Below, piece after piece: positions 1 through 11,941 of a stretch of 64,000 nt of DNA. The first letter of the stretch is position 1, and every line of letters starts with the position of its first letter. Source of the stretch: Octopus sinensis (lineage: Eukaryota); NCBI RefSeq assembly GCF_006345805.1, contig NC_043009.1, forward strand, positions 50,096,001 through 50,160,000, in the 5' to 3' direction. Both the position numbers and the translations under genes were made by a program. Below the pieces are notes generated by a model that ran no database searches, had not been told where the DNA came from, and saw only the letters and a program-made list of their open reading frames with translations.

Positions 1-492
1 AGCTTTCAATAGCAAAGTAGCCAAAGTAGGTTTCAATACAAGCATTGATGTTGTAGGAGAAGGAGTTAGGTTGAGAGAACTTCATGCTACAATCTGAAGA
101 AATATATAAAAGTGTCTTATTTTGCTAAGAAATCTGGTTGAATGAAGAGAAAACTAAATAAATAAACTTTCATATCCACTGGAAATGTCTGTTAAAATTT
201 GGTTCTGAAGGACCAATTTGAAAATGGAATCACAGAAGAACATAACCAACATCACTACATATCCCATGGCCATTGGCAAGTGTTGGGATTGGTTTTGTCT
301 AATGGAGCAAAATAATTACATCGCTAATTTTCTACCCTAGGGTTACCAATCTTGAACAAGGAGCTATTTTCGCCATATGTACAATATCACACACACCTTT
401 CATTCAGATATTATTAAGTTTTCTTTTTTTTTCTTTTCTTTTATTTCACATTTTTTTTTTTTTTGCTTTTGTTTTAAATTACATTTCCCCAG

Positions 493-531
493 ACCATAAA
501 GCAAGAATTTTTATGAAACGAAAGCTGTTAG
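493..531 (+). CDS. Candidate short internal exon (DHKARIFMKRKLLG, phase 1/1); alternative donor after 556
   Basis: Long T tract 419-480 ending TTTCCCCAG at 492; donor AG|GTAATG; only one frame open; no protein recognised. Confidence 0.2.
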
Positions 532-1164
532 GTAATGATGTTGAGATTAAAGAAGGGTATGGTGAAGAGATAATAAGATCCATGTTTCTCCTTTGGCACT
601 ACAGATGAACCAAACATTATCCACCTGGGTGCTTGTTGGTGATGTATTGTAAGTGGGGCAGTTTTTGAAGAACATTTGTCTCTTCTCGGTTATGCTAAGT
701 GAAAGATTATGTTATTTACAGCTGTAACAAGGAAGCTCATCTGACAGTACTTTAAATATGTGTGCAAGGCCTGTGGCTATGATTACATGTATGTGTGTTT
801 CCATTTTGGTGGAATATTCTCATATGTATTCCAGTGAATAATTCCATTCCTTCATAGATTTTTAGTCATTGCAATATTAAATAAATATTATACTCACAAT
901 ATAACTAACTTCTCCTAATAATAACCACATCTTTAATACAAGCAGTGCCTTCTAAGAAAAGTTTGAATGCTGAATGCTTTAAGCTTTTTGCGCATTATAA
1001 CTTGATAAAACGAAAGAGAATATTAGAAAACCATTCACATCATGTTGTAACTCACATATTAAGTCCTACACTAAAGACTTTCCTCAATCCTTCTTCCTTA
1101 GAACTGCTAACCACTGATATTTCCGGTATAGTCACATTATTTTTTATGACAGACATTAACTTAC

Positions 1165-1215
1165 TGAAATTAAAACAGAATATCCACCAGATACATCACA
1201 CCAGTCATGAAGATC
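1165..1215 (-). CDS. Candidate 51-nt internal exon (DLHDWCDVSGGYSVLIS, phase 0/0)
   Basis: Minus-strand acceptor ATAATTTTGCAG and consensus donor GTAAGT; length a multiple of 3; the other two frames contain stops; no protein recognised. Confidence 0.3.
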
Positions 1216-1596
1216 CTGCAAAATTATGAATACTAGTTCTTCTGTTATAATAAACCTATGGAAATAAATAAAAGTATTCAGAAGTTATGTAATATGACTT
1301 ATAAGCCAAGCTATCCAAATGAATGACTTGTCTTCAGAAGATGCTTACATGAATTGATAAAATATACTATTTAATGGACAAGTTACTCGTACATCTAACA
1401 GGCTTTATACATTCCTTACACAGCTATAGTTTGAGACCTTGAACTCTTATCTATGATTTTATCAAAATGAAAAGGTGGAGTGCATATGATCTTCACAGGC
1501 TGTCGCAGAATGGTGAGACTCATATGAATGATGTTCAACTAATGTCTTCAAGAACATTTCTATATGTAAATTGTTGGCACATGTGTGAGTGTGTGT

Positions 1597-1637
<41 letters not shown>

Positions 1638-1639
<2 letters not shown>

Positions 1640-1808
1640 CATCATCGTCATCATCATCGTTTAGCGTCTGCTTTCCATGCTAGCATGGGTTGGATGGTTC
1701 AACTGGGGTCTGGGAAGCCAGAAGGCTGCACCAGGCCCAGTCTGATCTGGCAATGTTTCTACGGCTGGATGTCCTTCCTAACACCAAGGATGCCCTTCCT
1801 AATGCCAA
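1638..1808 (-). mobile_element. 5'-truncated SINE-type element, working family B ((GAT)n tail), inside a (TA)n array
   Basis: Near-identical to 28378-28621 and 48976-49170; (CAT)n tail on plus strand; motif GGATGCCCTTCCTAA; 21-bp tandem duplication 1767-1808 at the truncated end. Confidence 0.8.
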
Positions 1809-1814
1809 TATATA

Positions 1815-1868
<54 letters not shown>

Positions 1869-2019
1869 TATATATCTGTGTGTGTGTATCGTCCTTTCAC
1901 ATCTACTATTTTTCATGATGGTACGGGTCGAATGAAACTTATTTGTGTAGAATTCTACTACAGGATGCCTTACCTCATACCAACCTTTACTTGTTTTCAA
2001 AAGTAGAACTTTATCAGTT

Positions 2020-2324
2020 ACAATGAGGGTTCCATTTGATTTGATCAACAGAACAGCCTGCTCCTGAAATTAATGTGCAAGTGGTTAGGCACTCCAAAGA
2101 CACATGTACTCTTAATGTAGTTCTGAGGGAGCTTCAGTGTGACACAGAATGTGACAAGATCGGCCCTTTGAATTACAGGTACAACTCATTTTTTCCAGGT
2201 CAGTGGACTGGAACAATGTGAAATAAAGTGTCTTGCTCAAGGACACAACATATCACCGTGAATTTAACCCACAACCTTATGGTCATGAGTCGAATACCCT
2301 AACCACTAAGTCACGTGACCTCAC
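2020..2324 (-). mobile_element. Older tRNA-headed CORE-type SINE
   Basis: tRNA-like head on minus strand at ~2260-2324 followed by CORE-like GTTGTGTCCTTGAGCAAGACACTT. Confidence 0.65.
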
Positions 2325-2653
2325 ACTTGGTTTCAAATGAAGTGCTTTTATTCCAAGGCTTAATGTCAAACCACCAAGTTTTTATCCTGTCCATGCAGAA
2401 TATAAACTTCATTGCTGTGTGTGTATTTGGTTTCACTTGTGTATGCACACGTGTAATGGGATTCCATACAGTTTTCATCTTTCAAATTTCACTCAAAAGT
2501 ACTGGTTAACCCAAGAAGTTACTTGCTCAACATACCACACAATAGGATCAAACCTGAACGTGTGTGGTTGCAAAGCAAACTTCTTAACCATGCAGCTGTA
2601 ACAGCTTTTATTGTGTGTATCTGTATGTCTGCATTTATGTGTGTGTATATATA

Positions 2654-2684
<31 letters not shown>

Positions 2685-3489
2685 CTCTGTGTGTGTGTGT
2701 GTGTATATATATATGTGTATGTGTGTGTATATATATATATATATGTGTATGTGTGTGTGTGTGTATATATATACACACACACGTGTGTGTGTGATGTGAT
2801 TTATCTGTATTAATATTAAAGATTTAAATGTTCCTTATATGCTTGTGGTAATAGTCTAAAAGAAATAATCACACACACACACAAATGCATGTGTACAAGT
2901 AATTGTAGATCGATCTACCAACATGTGTCTGTCCTATATGCATGCATGTATGTATGTGTGTATGTTTGTGTGTGAAACGTGTCTGTACAGTGTTTCATAT
3001 TAATTAATATCAAGTCATTATATACTTGCGGTAAAGTGCATAAAGCAAATGCATATGCACACATATAATTATAGATCATGCAACCAATATAGACCAGTGT
3101 GTGAGCCTGTGTGTTTGCATGTGCATGCTTATATATTTCTCTCACTCATACTAAATTTAAAGTACCAGGTACGCATTCAGAGAAGTGTAAACCAAAAGAT
3201 TTCCCAAATCAATAGAACAAGTACAAAATGTAAAGACAGAGTCTCAGAATTAATATTGAGTATTGTCCTCTCAATGAATTTTGCAAACACTAATCCAAGC
3301 CATTTGATTGAAACACTAACATAGTGTTCCTCCTTCCAGATCAACAACCAATTTTTCATGTTGAGAATTACCACAAATCCATTATTAGAAATAACAAAAA
3401 CAAATAAATAAATAAATAATAGCGAAAATAGAATGCATACTATGGCAAGTATATTGACCAATTTCATATATGTGTATACACACACACAC

Positions 3490-3545
<56 letters not shown>

Positions 3546-4637
3546 TGTTTACTGTTTTGTTCTTACTGTTCTGTTTTTGTTACCACTTTAACCATCAGCA
3601 AATCCCAAATTTTATTTAATTTGCTTTGTGGGAACGACTGTTTTAACAAAGTCGCTTCTTGTTCCAACATTTGAAACATGGAGTAGATAAAACAGGGGAC
3701 AACTGATGAAGGGAGTCTTCTTTATGTTGCCTGTCTTGTTTCTCTATTTGTTTCTTTTGTTGTTCTCATTTTTCATTTTGTTCATGTACTCATATTATAC
3801 ATATATATGTAGGTATGTACATATATGTATGTATATATGCATAAATATATATTATACACATATATATGGATACATACACAGGCATACATATTTGAATGGT
3901 GGGGAACAGCTTTTCTTTTAGACATAGTATATTATTTATCTTTGTTTTTATTTTATCAGCATATCAGATTCTTGTAGTCCATTCGGAATAATGAAGTTCC
4001 TAAAATCCATTTTCCTCAACATTTCTGACTGTCTCAACCTTATCTTCAGGATTTGGAGTATCAGAGGCCCTTTCATTGTGGATAGGTTTTGTTCATGCTG
4101 AGTTTGCAGCTAGAATTTTGCTTATGTCAATTTTACAGCCAGAATTTGACCATTAGCTTTTGTAAATACATATAGACAACATTCTTCACAATGGCAGATA
4201 CAGATATGTGTGCATGAGAATCTTACCTTATCATGGCTAAATGTATGTAAATATTGTAAATATATACAGAGAGCTGAATGATTAAGAAGTTTGCTTCCCA
4301 GCCACATGGTTACAGGTACTGTCTCAATGTGTGTAGCACCTTAGGCAAGAATCTGCTACTGGACCAGCCAAAGCCTGAATTAGGTTGACAGAAACTGAAA
4401 AATTTGTGTGCATGTGTGTGTGTGTGTATAAAAAAAGCACTGTCCTTCATTTCTAATTTCTGTCAAAATATGCCTGGCTGAAAGGAAATAATACCTTATT
4501 TGTAAACAAGTGAGGGTTGGTGACAAGGAGGTTATCTGGCCTTAGAAAATCTGCCTCAATAAATACCATCTGGCTCTTGTACGTATGGAAAAGTAGATGT
4601 TGAAAATAATGATGATGATATATGAATGTATGTGTGT

Positions 4638-4681
<44 letters not shown>

Positions 4682-5599
4682 GATTGATTGATTGATTCTA
4701 GTTTCAGCTTATGAGCTGTGGCCATGCTGGGGCACCGCCATTAAATATATATATATATAGTACAGAGAGACAACAGGGTAATGCCATTTGTTGGAGAGGT
4801 TGGTTGAGAAGGTGAAAGAGGGAGTAGAATATAGTTCTACAAACACATCATACACACACACACACATGTTCATGAGAGAGAGAGAGAGAGAGTGTCTGTA
4901 ATAGAACTGACCAAACCCATGACTGTGTAAACAGCAGTGCAGGTCATTTATCACTACAAGGAACAAAAAGCTGATATATATTTTTTCTTTTATTAACTCA
5001 TTTATAATGGTGTGTACTAATTGTTTACTGAAGTTATTTAAAGGGTGTTAAATATTTAATTATACACAAAGAATTCTACATTAAGATAAAATTTTTTCCC
5101 TTTTATTTACTATTATTATTTTTACTTTTTGCACTTTTTTGAAAAATCCTCCCCTGTCTGAAGTTGATGTTAGTGTAACAAAGAAAATGCTCTTGCATAA
5201 ACTGTAAGAATTCAAGAATGATATATGAAATCAGGTTATAGATGAACGAAAATATCTATGATAAGATCTGTGTTCTTTATTGAAAAGAACTTATGGTCTG
5301 TTTTATAAGCAGATTTTCATACAAGATTGGTTTTTATTGATAACAGAAAACCAATACTCAACTCAGATGCATCTATATAGTGCATTGGTATCTTCAACTG
5401 GAGCAGAGAGAGATGTTATCCAAAGCTGAGCATTCCCAAAATAGCAAAACACAAAACAAAATGTAAGAACCATTTATTTTATTTTATTTTCAAGTCATGT
5501 TTTGTTAATATATCAGAAAGTAATTCTCAAATTTTTAAGACAGATCAAATAAGATTAGAAGCAATGTAAACTTAGGGTTGTACTAGTTCTGCAATAAGT

Positions 5600-5602
5600 A
5601 TA

Positions 5603-5645
<43 letters not shown>

Positions 5646-5679
5646 TATATATATATACACATACATATAATATACATAC

Positions 5680-5736
<57 letters not shown>

Positions 5737-5949
5737 TATATATATATACATATATATATACATACATATATATATATATATATATACATATATACATATA
5801 TATATACATATATATATATATATAATATATATATATATACACACATATACATATATATATATACATATATATACATACATATATATACATATATATATAT
5901 ACATATATATATACATATATATATACATATATATATATATAATATATAT

Positions 5950-5990
<41 letters not shown>
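5600..5990. repeat. Long compound (TA)n/(TACA)n microsatellite
   Basis: Directly visible; explains the Y/I-rich ORFs at 5555-6148. Confidence 0.95.
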
Positions 5991-5993
<3 letters not shown>

Positions 5994-6826
5994 TATATCT
6001 GAGCATGTGACTGTGTGAGTGAGTGCATATGTGTATGTGTGTGTGTGTGTGTAAAAATAATAAATATATGAAATGCATGTGATGAAAACCATTTTGTGAT
6101 TTGTGCTTTTCTCATATTTGAAATGAATTTGTATTTCCTAATGGACAAATAATCTTACACAAACTCTAACTTTCGGATAAGAACTTTATCTTGTGATGAC
6201 AACAATATTTTATAGAAAATATTAGGAACTTGGGATTTTAATAACTTCTAAAACAGAAGAGTTACTGAGATATAAAGATGCCAATAAGGTTACTGTATTC
6301 TTTTTTTTTTTTTTTTCTTTCTTTTGTACGTATCTGTATTTTTATATTTTTTAAAAAATCCTTCTTGTCATTTTGTCAAAATGTGGAAGGGACTTGCAGA
6401 AAACTTAGAGCAAAAATCATATCATATATCATTTCACTTTAAAAGGTAAAACAGTAGAGATAAAGGCAAATGTAGTAAGAGAATATAATATCCAATATTA
6501 TGGCAGTGAAGAGCAAGGGGAGGGAGGGAGAGAGAGAGAGTGTAGAACTGGTGATATGACATGTGCACACACACACACACACACACACACCACTTACACT
6601 TAGATGCACACACTCAAACAAAATTTCACAAATTACACAGCAAAATTTGACAATTTTTTAATATTTTGGTTTATTAATTAACTGATCTTTCTTTGAAGAT
6701 TTTTGCTATATCTATCTCAGAACACAAGAATGATTATTCTGATCGATATTGGAAAAATTCACTAGATTTTTCTTGCATTTAATTACATTTTCATGAATTA
6801 AAACAAAACATACACACACACATACC

Positions 6827-6870
<44 letters not shown>

Positions 6871-7839
6871 TTTTGAGTAACACAACTATAGGTGAAGAAA
6901 GAATTATCTTCAAGAAACAAAATAACTAATGTTTATTCATATAATCCCCCAAGCTAACTATTTTTAAAGCTTTAACTAATTTTTGTTCTTGTTTTTAGTG
7001 TTGTTATTTTTTTCTCTCTTTTGTTAAATATTTCAACAGAAACAAAATCTTAGATTCCAATAGCCAATATGGCAAGATTTATTAAGAGATGCAATTATTA
7101 AATAAGTTGAATCGGTACTTCACAATAAAATCCAGCTTATCAGTAAAATTCTGCAGATATAATTCTATATTGAAATGGCCAGACAGAAATATGGTAATAA
7201 GAGATTAGAATTTTAAGCAAATACTTTAAAAACAAAAATTAAAATAAAATAAAACATTGTCTTGAATTGTGTCCATTCCTACACCAAGACAGAAACCCAA
7301 GCCACGTCATTTTTGTTTAGAAAACACAAACAATTGTTTTGTTTCATATATTGAAATTGGAACAAATTCAAGGCTTTAAAGAAGCAAATTGAAAGAGGAG
7401 AGTGACAGAGACAGAAGTGGGATGGGAGGTGCGGGTGGCAGATAAAGAGAGGGATAATAAAATACATTGATTTATTAATTTTTGAAATTGTTACATGGGA
7501 AAAATGAATTAAACATTTCGCGGGGAGAAAAAAAAAATGCTTTTTAATTGTATTGATGTGTGCGTGCATGCATGCATCTGTGTGTGCGTGTGTGTGTGTG
7601 TGTGTGGTGTCCGTGTGTGTGTGAGAGAGAGAGAGAATTTTGTTTTCATAACATTCAAAGAACAAAATTAAATAATATATTTTATTCCTTTTTAAGAATC
7701 TGTATGTGAGGGGTGGGAAAGAGGAAAGGAAAGAATGCAAAGACATAAAGAAAAACGAGAAAGAGAAAGAAATTGAAAATAGAGTTACATAATTTGTAGG
7801 AAATAAAGGAATTATTTTACTTCCAAAGCTATATATACG

Positions 7840-7921
<82 letters not shown>

Positions 7922-8046
7922 GACAGACATACAGAGAAATATAAATAGACAAGCAATAGATCTGTGTGTATATGTGTATGTATGCATATATATATATATG
8001 AATGTATATATATGTATATACATGCATATATAGGTATATACATATA

Positions 8047-8590
8047 TATATGCATATATGAATATACATATGCACACGCATGTATATGCACATAATTATA
8101 TACATATATGTACACATCCACATATACAGATGTATAGATATGTGTGTGTATATGTGCATATATATATATGTGCGTGTGTGTATATATGCATATATGTGCG
8201 TGTATATATGCATATATAAATGTGTATATAAGCATATATATTTGTATATTTATATGCATTCATATATGTATATACATGCATATATATATGTATATACATA
8301 TATATGCATATATGAATATACATATGCACACGCATGTATATGCACATAATTATATACATATATGTACACACACACATATATAGATGTATAGATATGTGTG
8401 TGTATATGTGCATATATATATGTATGTATGTGTATATATGCATATATGTGTGTGTATATATGCATATATAAATGTGTATATAAGCATATATATTTGTACA
8501 TTTATATGCATATATGTTATATAAGTATATGCAACATAAGTATGTGTACATGTATGTATATGTGTGTATATACTTATTTGTGGTTGCATA
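8047..8590. repeat. Higher-order ~254-bp tandem duplication of a compound TA/TG microsatellite
   Basis: GAATATACATATGCACACGCATG at 8060 and 8314, with the following ~200 bp nearly identical. Confidence 0.85.
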
Positions 8591-9042
8591 CATATTGATG
8601 TCTGTTTATTTGTTACATACGATGAGAAACCCAGTTCTCTAATTCTAATCTTGCCATATTCCAAATTAAGACCTATTATCTGTCCTTTTCTATGATTTGC
8701 TATAATCATAGCTAGCTGTAAAATATTAGAGCAAATAGTTCTTACAACAAATTTGCAAACAAAGCCAGCCTTGAATGTAGCAAAGCGAAAACTAAAATTT
8801 GAATTTGTGCAGTTAGAAAATTATATTTGACTTTTGTATATTTTGGTGGTGTTGAAGTTTCAAACTATAAGGATTTAAATATTAAGTATTATCTTCTATC
8901 TGAGTGTTATACAAATGTCTGTAGATGACAGTAGGGCCAAATGAAGTAAAAGATCTCATTTATTAGGTTTCATTATTATAGGATGGCTAGAAGGTAAAGA
9001 GGTTCATCTAACCTATAGGAAAGAATATGAATTTAGTAGTGC

Positions 9043-9078
<36 letters not shown>

Positions 9079-9324
9079 AATGATAATGATGAAAACAATG
9101 ATGATAATAATGATGATGATGACAATGTTGATGATAATGATGAAGATGATGATGATGATGATAATGTTGATGATAATGATGAAAACAATGATGATAATAA
9201 TGATGATGATGACAATGTTGATGATAATGATGAAGATGATGATGATGATGACAATTTTGATGATAATGATGATTACAATGATGATAATAATGATGATGAT
9301 GACAATGTTGATGATAATGATGAA

Positions 9325-9359
<35 letters not shown>

Positions 9360-9956
9360 CAATGTTGATGATGATTACAATGATAAAGGCAACAATGACA
9401 GTGAAGTTGACTGCTGATGAAAGCAAAACTGGCAATGATGATGGTGAAAGAATAAGTGACAACAGCAACAATAGTAACAGTACAAGTGATGACGATGGCA
9501 ACAGCGATGACGATGACAACAACAGTAACAATAAAAATGACAATGATGATAGCAGTGATGATAATGCTGATGATGGAAACAATGACTATGGTGATAATGG
9601 TGACAATTTTGATGATGGTGATGATGACGATGACAATGACGAGGAGAATGAGAATGACAATGATGATGATGATGACAATATTACCTTCGATGATAATGAT
9701 GAGATCAACAAAGACTGTGATGGTCGTGAAGATAATTGCAATGACATTAGCGATGAAGCTATTGGCAACAGTGATAGAGATGAAACAGATGACAAAAGTG
9801 ATGACAACATTAGTAGGAACACTGATGAAGTACACAACCTAAGTGATGAGGACATTGGTAAGAACAATGACAATGTAGATGATGTAAGTGATGACAATAC
9901 TAGGAACAGTGATGATGATGGTAATGATGACCACAAAGATAGCAATGCAGATATAT
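9043..9956 (+). repeat. Cryptic (GAT)n-derived repeat with 90-bp and ~45-bp higher-order units; Asp/Asn-rich reading frames
   Basis: GACAATGTTGATGATAATGATGAAGATGAT recurs at 9121, 9211 and 9301; distal part reads D/N-rich in one frame. Confidence 0.85.
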
Positions 9957-10250
9957 GTTGTTTGTTATCTCGAGCCACGCCTGGCTTATAAGGGTCGGTT
10001 TCCATGGCGTATAGGTTCTCCACCTGGACGGGACGCCGGTCCGTCGCAGGTGAGCTGCTAGATGCAGGAGGAAAGAGTGAGAGAAAGTTGTGGTGAAGGT
10101 GTCAGCAGAAGTTCACCATTATCTTCTTCCGGAGCCGCATGGAGCTTAGGTGTTTCACTCATAAACACTCACATTGCCCGCTCTGAGAATCGAACCCGCG
10201 ATCCCTCAACCGCGAGTCCACTGCTCTAACCACTAGGCCATGTGCCTCCA
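9957..10250 (-). mobile_element. Full-length tRNA-derived SINE with V-domain-like core and perfect 14-bp TSD
   Basis: Head GGAGGCACATGGCCTAGTGGTTAG (A box) and GGTTCGATTC (B box); core CTGCGACGGACCGGCGTCCCGTCCAGG; TSD CAATGCAGATATAT at 9943-9956 and 10251-10264. Confidence 0.9.
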
Positions 10251-10480
10251 CAATGCAGATATATAGTGTATTTGGAACATCAAATGCTTTGCTCACACTT
10301 AGTTATTTTAGTTTATTATCTAAAAGCCATTGGGCAGCTTAATCAGTCTATGCCCACTGAATTTCACTCAAAAAGCTAGGGTTAAATAGCAACACAATTT
10401 CACTCAAAAAACTTCGGATCATGATAAAAGCACTTGCTCAAGATGAGATCAAACTAAGGATCTCATGAGAGTACACCATA

Positions 10481-10700
10481 TGTGAGGGGGTGCTGAAAAG
10501 TTCCTAGCTTTAAGAGTATTGCAAAAGTCCTGGTTGGCGGCCCAACTTTCTGGGTTCTTTTACATGGCTTAGAAAACCTGAAGGACCACTGAAATAAGTG
10601 TGCGAATCTTAGAGGGAAATATCTTGAATAAAATCATAATTAACTGGCCCTCCTGTATTTTCTTTTATCCAAAGTCAGGAACTTTGCTGTACCCCCTCAT
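10481..10700 (+). mobile_element. Internally deleted mariner-type element (MITE)
   Basis: Imperfect TIRs TGAGGGGGTGCTGAAAAGTTCCT / AGGAACTTTGCTGTACCCCCTCA; internal remnant *NKCANLRGKYLE* resembles the mariner transposase C-terminus (RWxKCxxxxGxYxE). Confidence 0.75.
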
Positions 10701-11333
10701 GAATAAGATGACCATCCAGCCATGTCTGAAGCTACATTATATATCATCTAATCATGTTCACATATGAGCATTTATACACATACATACACACTATTGTTAT
10801 ACCACTTCATCCTATATCCTATTGTACTAAGTTCTTATTAAAGTATCAAAATGATTAGCCAATATTTTGATCAGATAAAAGAACACTAAACATCTTCTTC
10901 AGGAAAGACCAACAGTCTGGCAAGCCTTAACTCATATTCTGCTATCGATAACAAATATCAGAAGAAACAAAGATAATACAATTTAAAATGATATTTTATT
11001 TTAAAAGTTTTAAAATTTTCTTCCTTCTTGTACATTCACATGCAACTCACATATATCCAGACATATATTTCATTCCATGTCAACCACACATCCATTCAAT
11101 AATATTATATACATATGATTATATTCAACAATACATGCATTCGATGCATTTAATAACATACAAGTACTTGAATATATATCTATCTATATATATATATATA
11201 TAAAAATAAGCAACAAGAATGGATCCGGTAATTTAGTACAATTGTTTCATACTATAACATTTTATTAAAAGCTGTAAATATTACAGCAGATATAATATGT
11301 CAAGTAATCTTCAGCTAATTTCATATAGGTTTT

Positions 11334-11372
<39 letters not shown>

Positions 11373-11374
<2 letters not shown>

Positions 11375-11575
11375 CCACATGTGAATTGTTGGTGATTTTC
11401 TACCTCCGTCTTCCTTTCCTATTGGACTTTCCTCTGCTTCTGAAGAAGAGCTCTGCTTGAAATGTTAAACTATCTATCTTTACTTCCCTGAGCGTCTGCT
11501 AATACTTTACATGTACTACGTCCTTGCGTTGTTGTTTTTTTTGTGTTTGTTCTTCGTTTTTTGGGATTTACTATC
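11373..11575 (+). mobile_element. Putative Penelope-like element terminal fragment between (TA)n arrays
   Basis: CTGAAGA-AGAGC-TCT-GCTT-GAAA at 11440-11462 resembles a degenerate hammerhead core typical of PLE ends; family assignment is from recall only. Confidence 0.4.
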
Positions 11576-11905
11576 TATATATATATATATACACACACAC
11601 ACTAATGTATGGATAAACACACATATACAAAATTATACACGCAAATACCAATACCTAGCACTTGCCAGTATTCAAACATACATACATATTTTTATGCATT
11701 TATTAATGCATTCACCACAAAACAAACACTTACATATGCACACAATATACATACATACATACATACATACATACACACATACACATACATATATATATAT
11801 ATATATAAGGACACATATAATCACACACATTTTTAGACACTTAATATATTCCCAGCAAGATTCATGCATGCATGCGCACACACACACATACACATGCATT
11901 CACCA

Positions 11906-11941
<36 letters not shown>

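Noticed and set aside
945-1229. 94-aa plus-strand ORF
   Set aside because: GTG start, no recognisable motif or splice context; it overlaps a better-bounded minus-strand exon candidate
8748-8793. 46-nt minus-strand exon candidate (TTTTAG...GTAAGA)
   Set aside because: All three frames are open so there is no discrimination; short pyrimidine tract; expected by chance
9091-9360. CRISPR-like regular array (also considered for 62895-63672)
   Set aside because: No constant repeat with unique spacers, eukaryotic context, no cas genes
9044-9410. Poly-Met N-terminus of the 315-aa ORF
   Set aside because: It is the ATG phase of a (GAT)n repeat, not a credible protein start
10180-10250. tRNA genes at this and other A/B-box sites
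   Set aside because: They continue into SINE bodies and tails and do not give complete cloverleafs; treated as SINE heads
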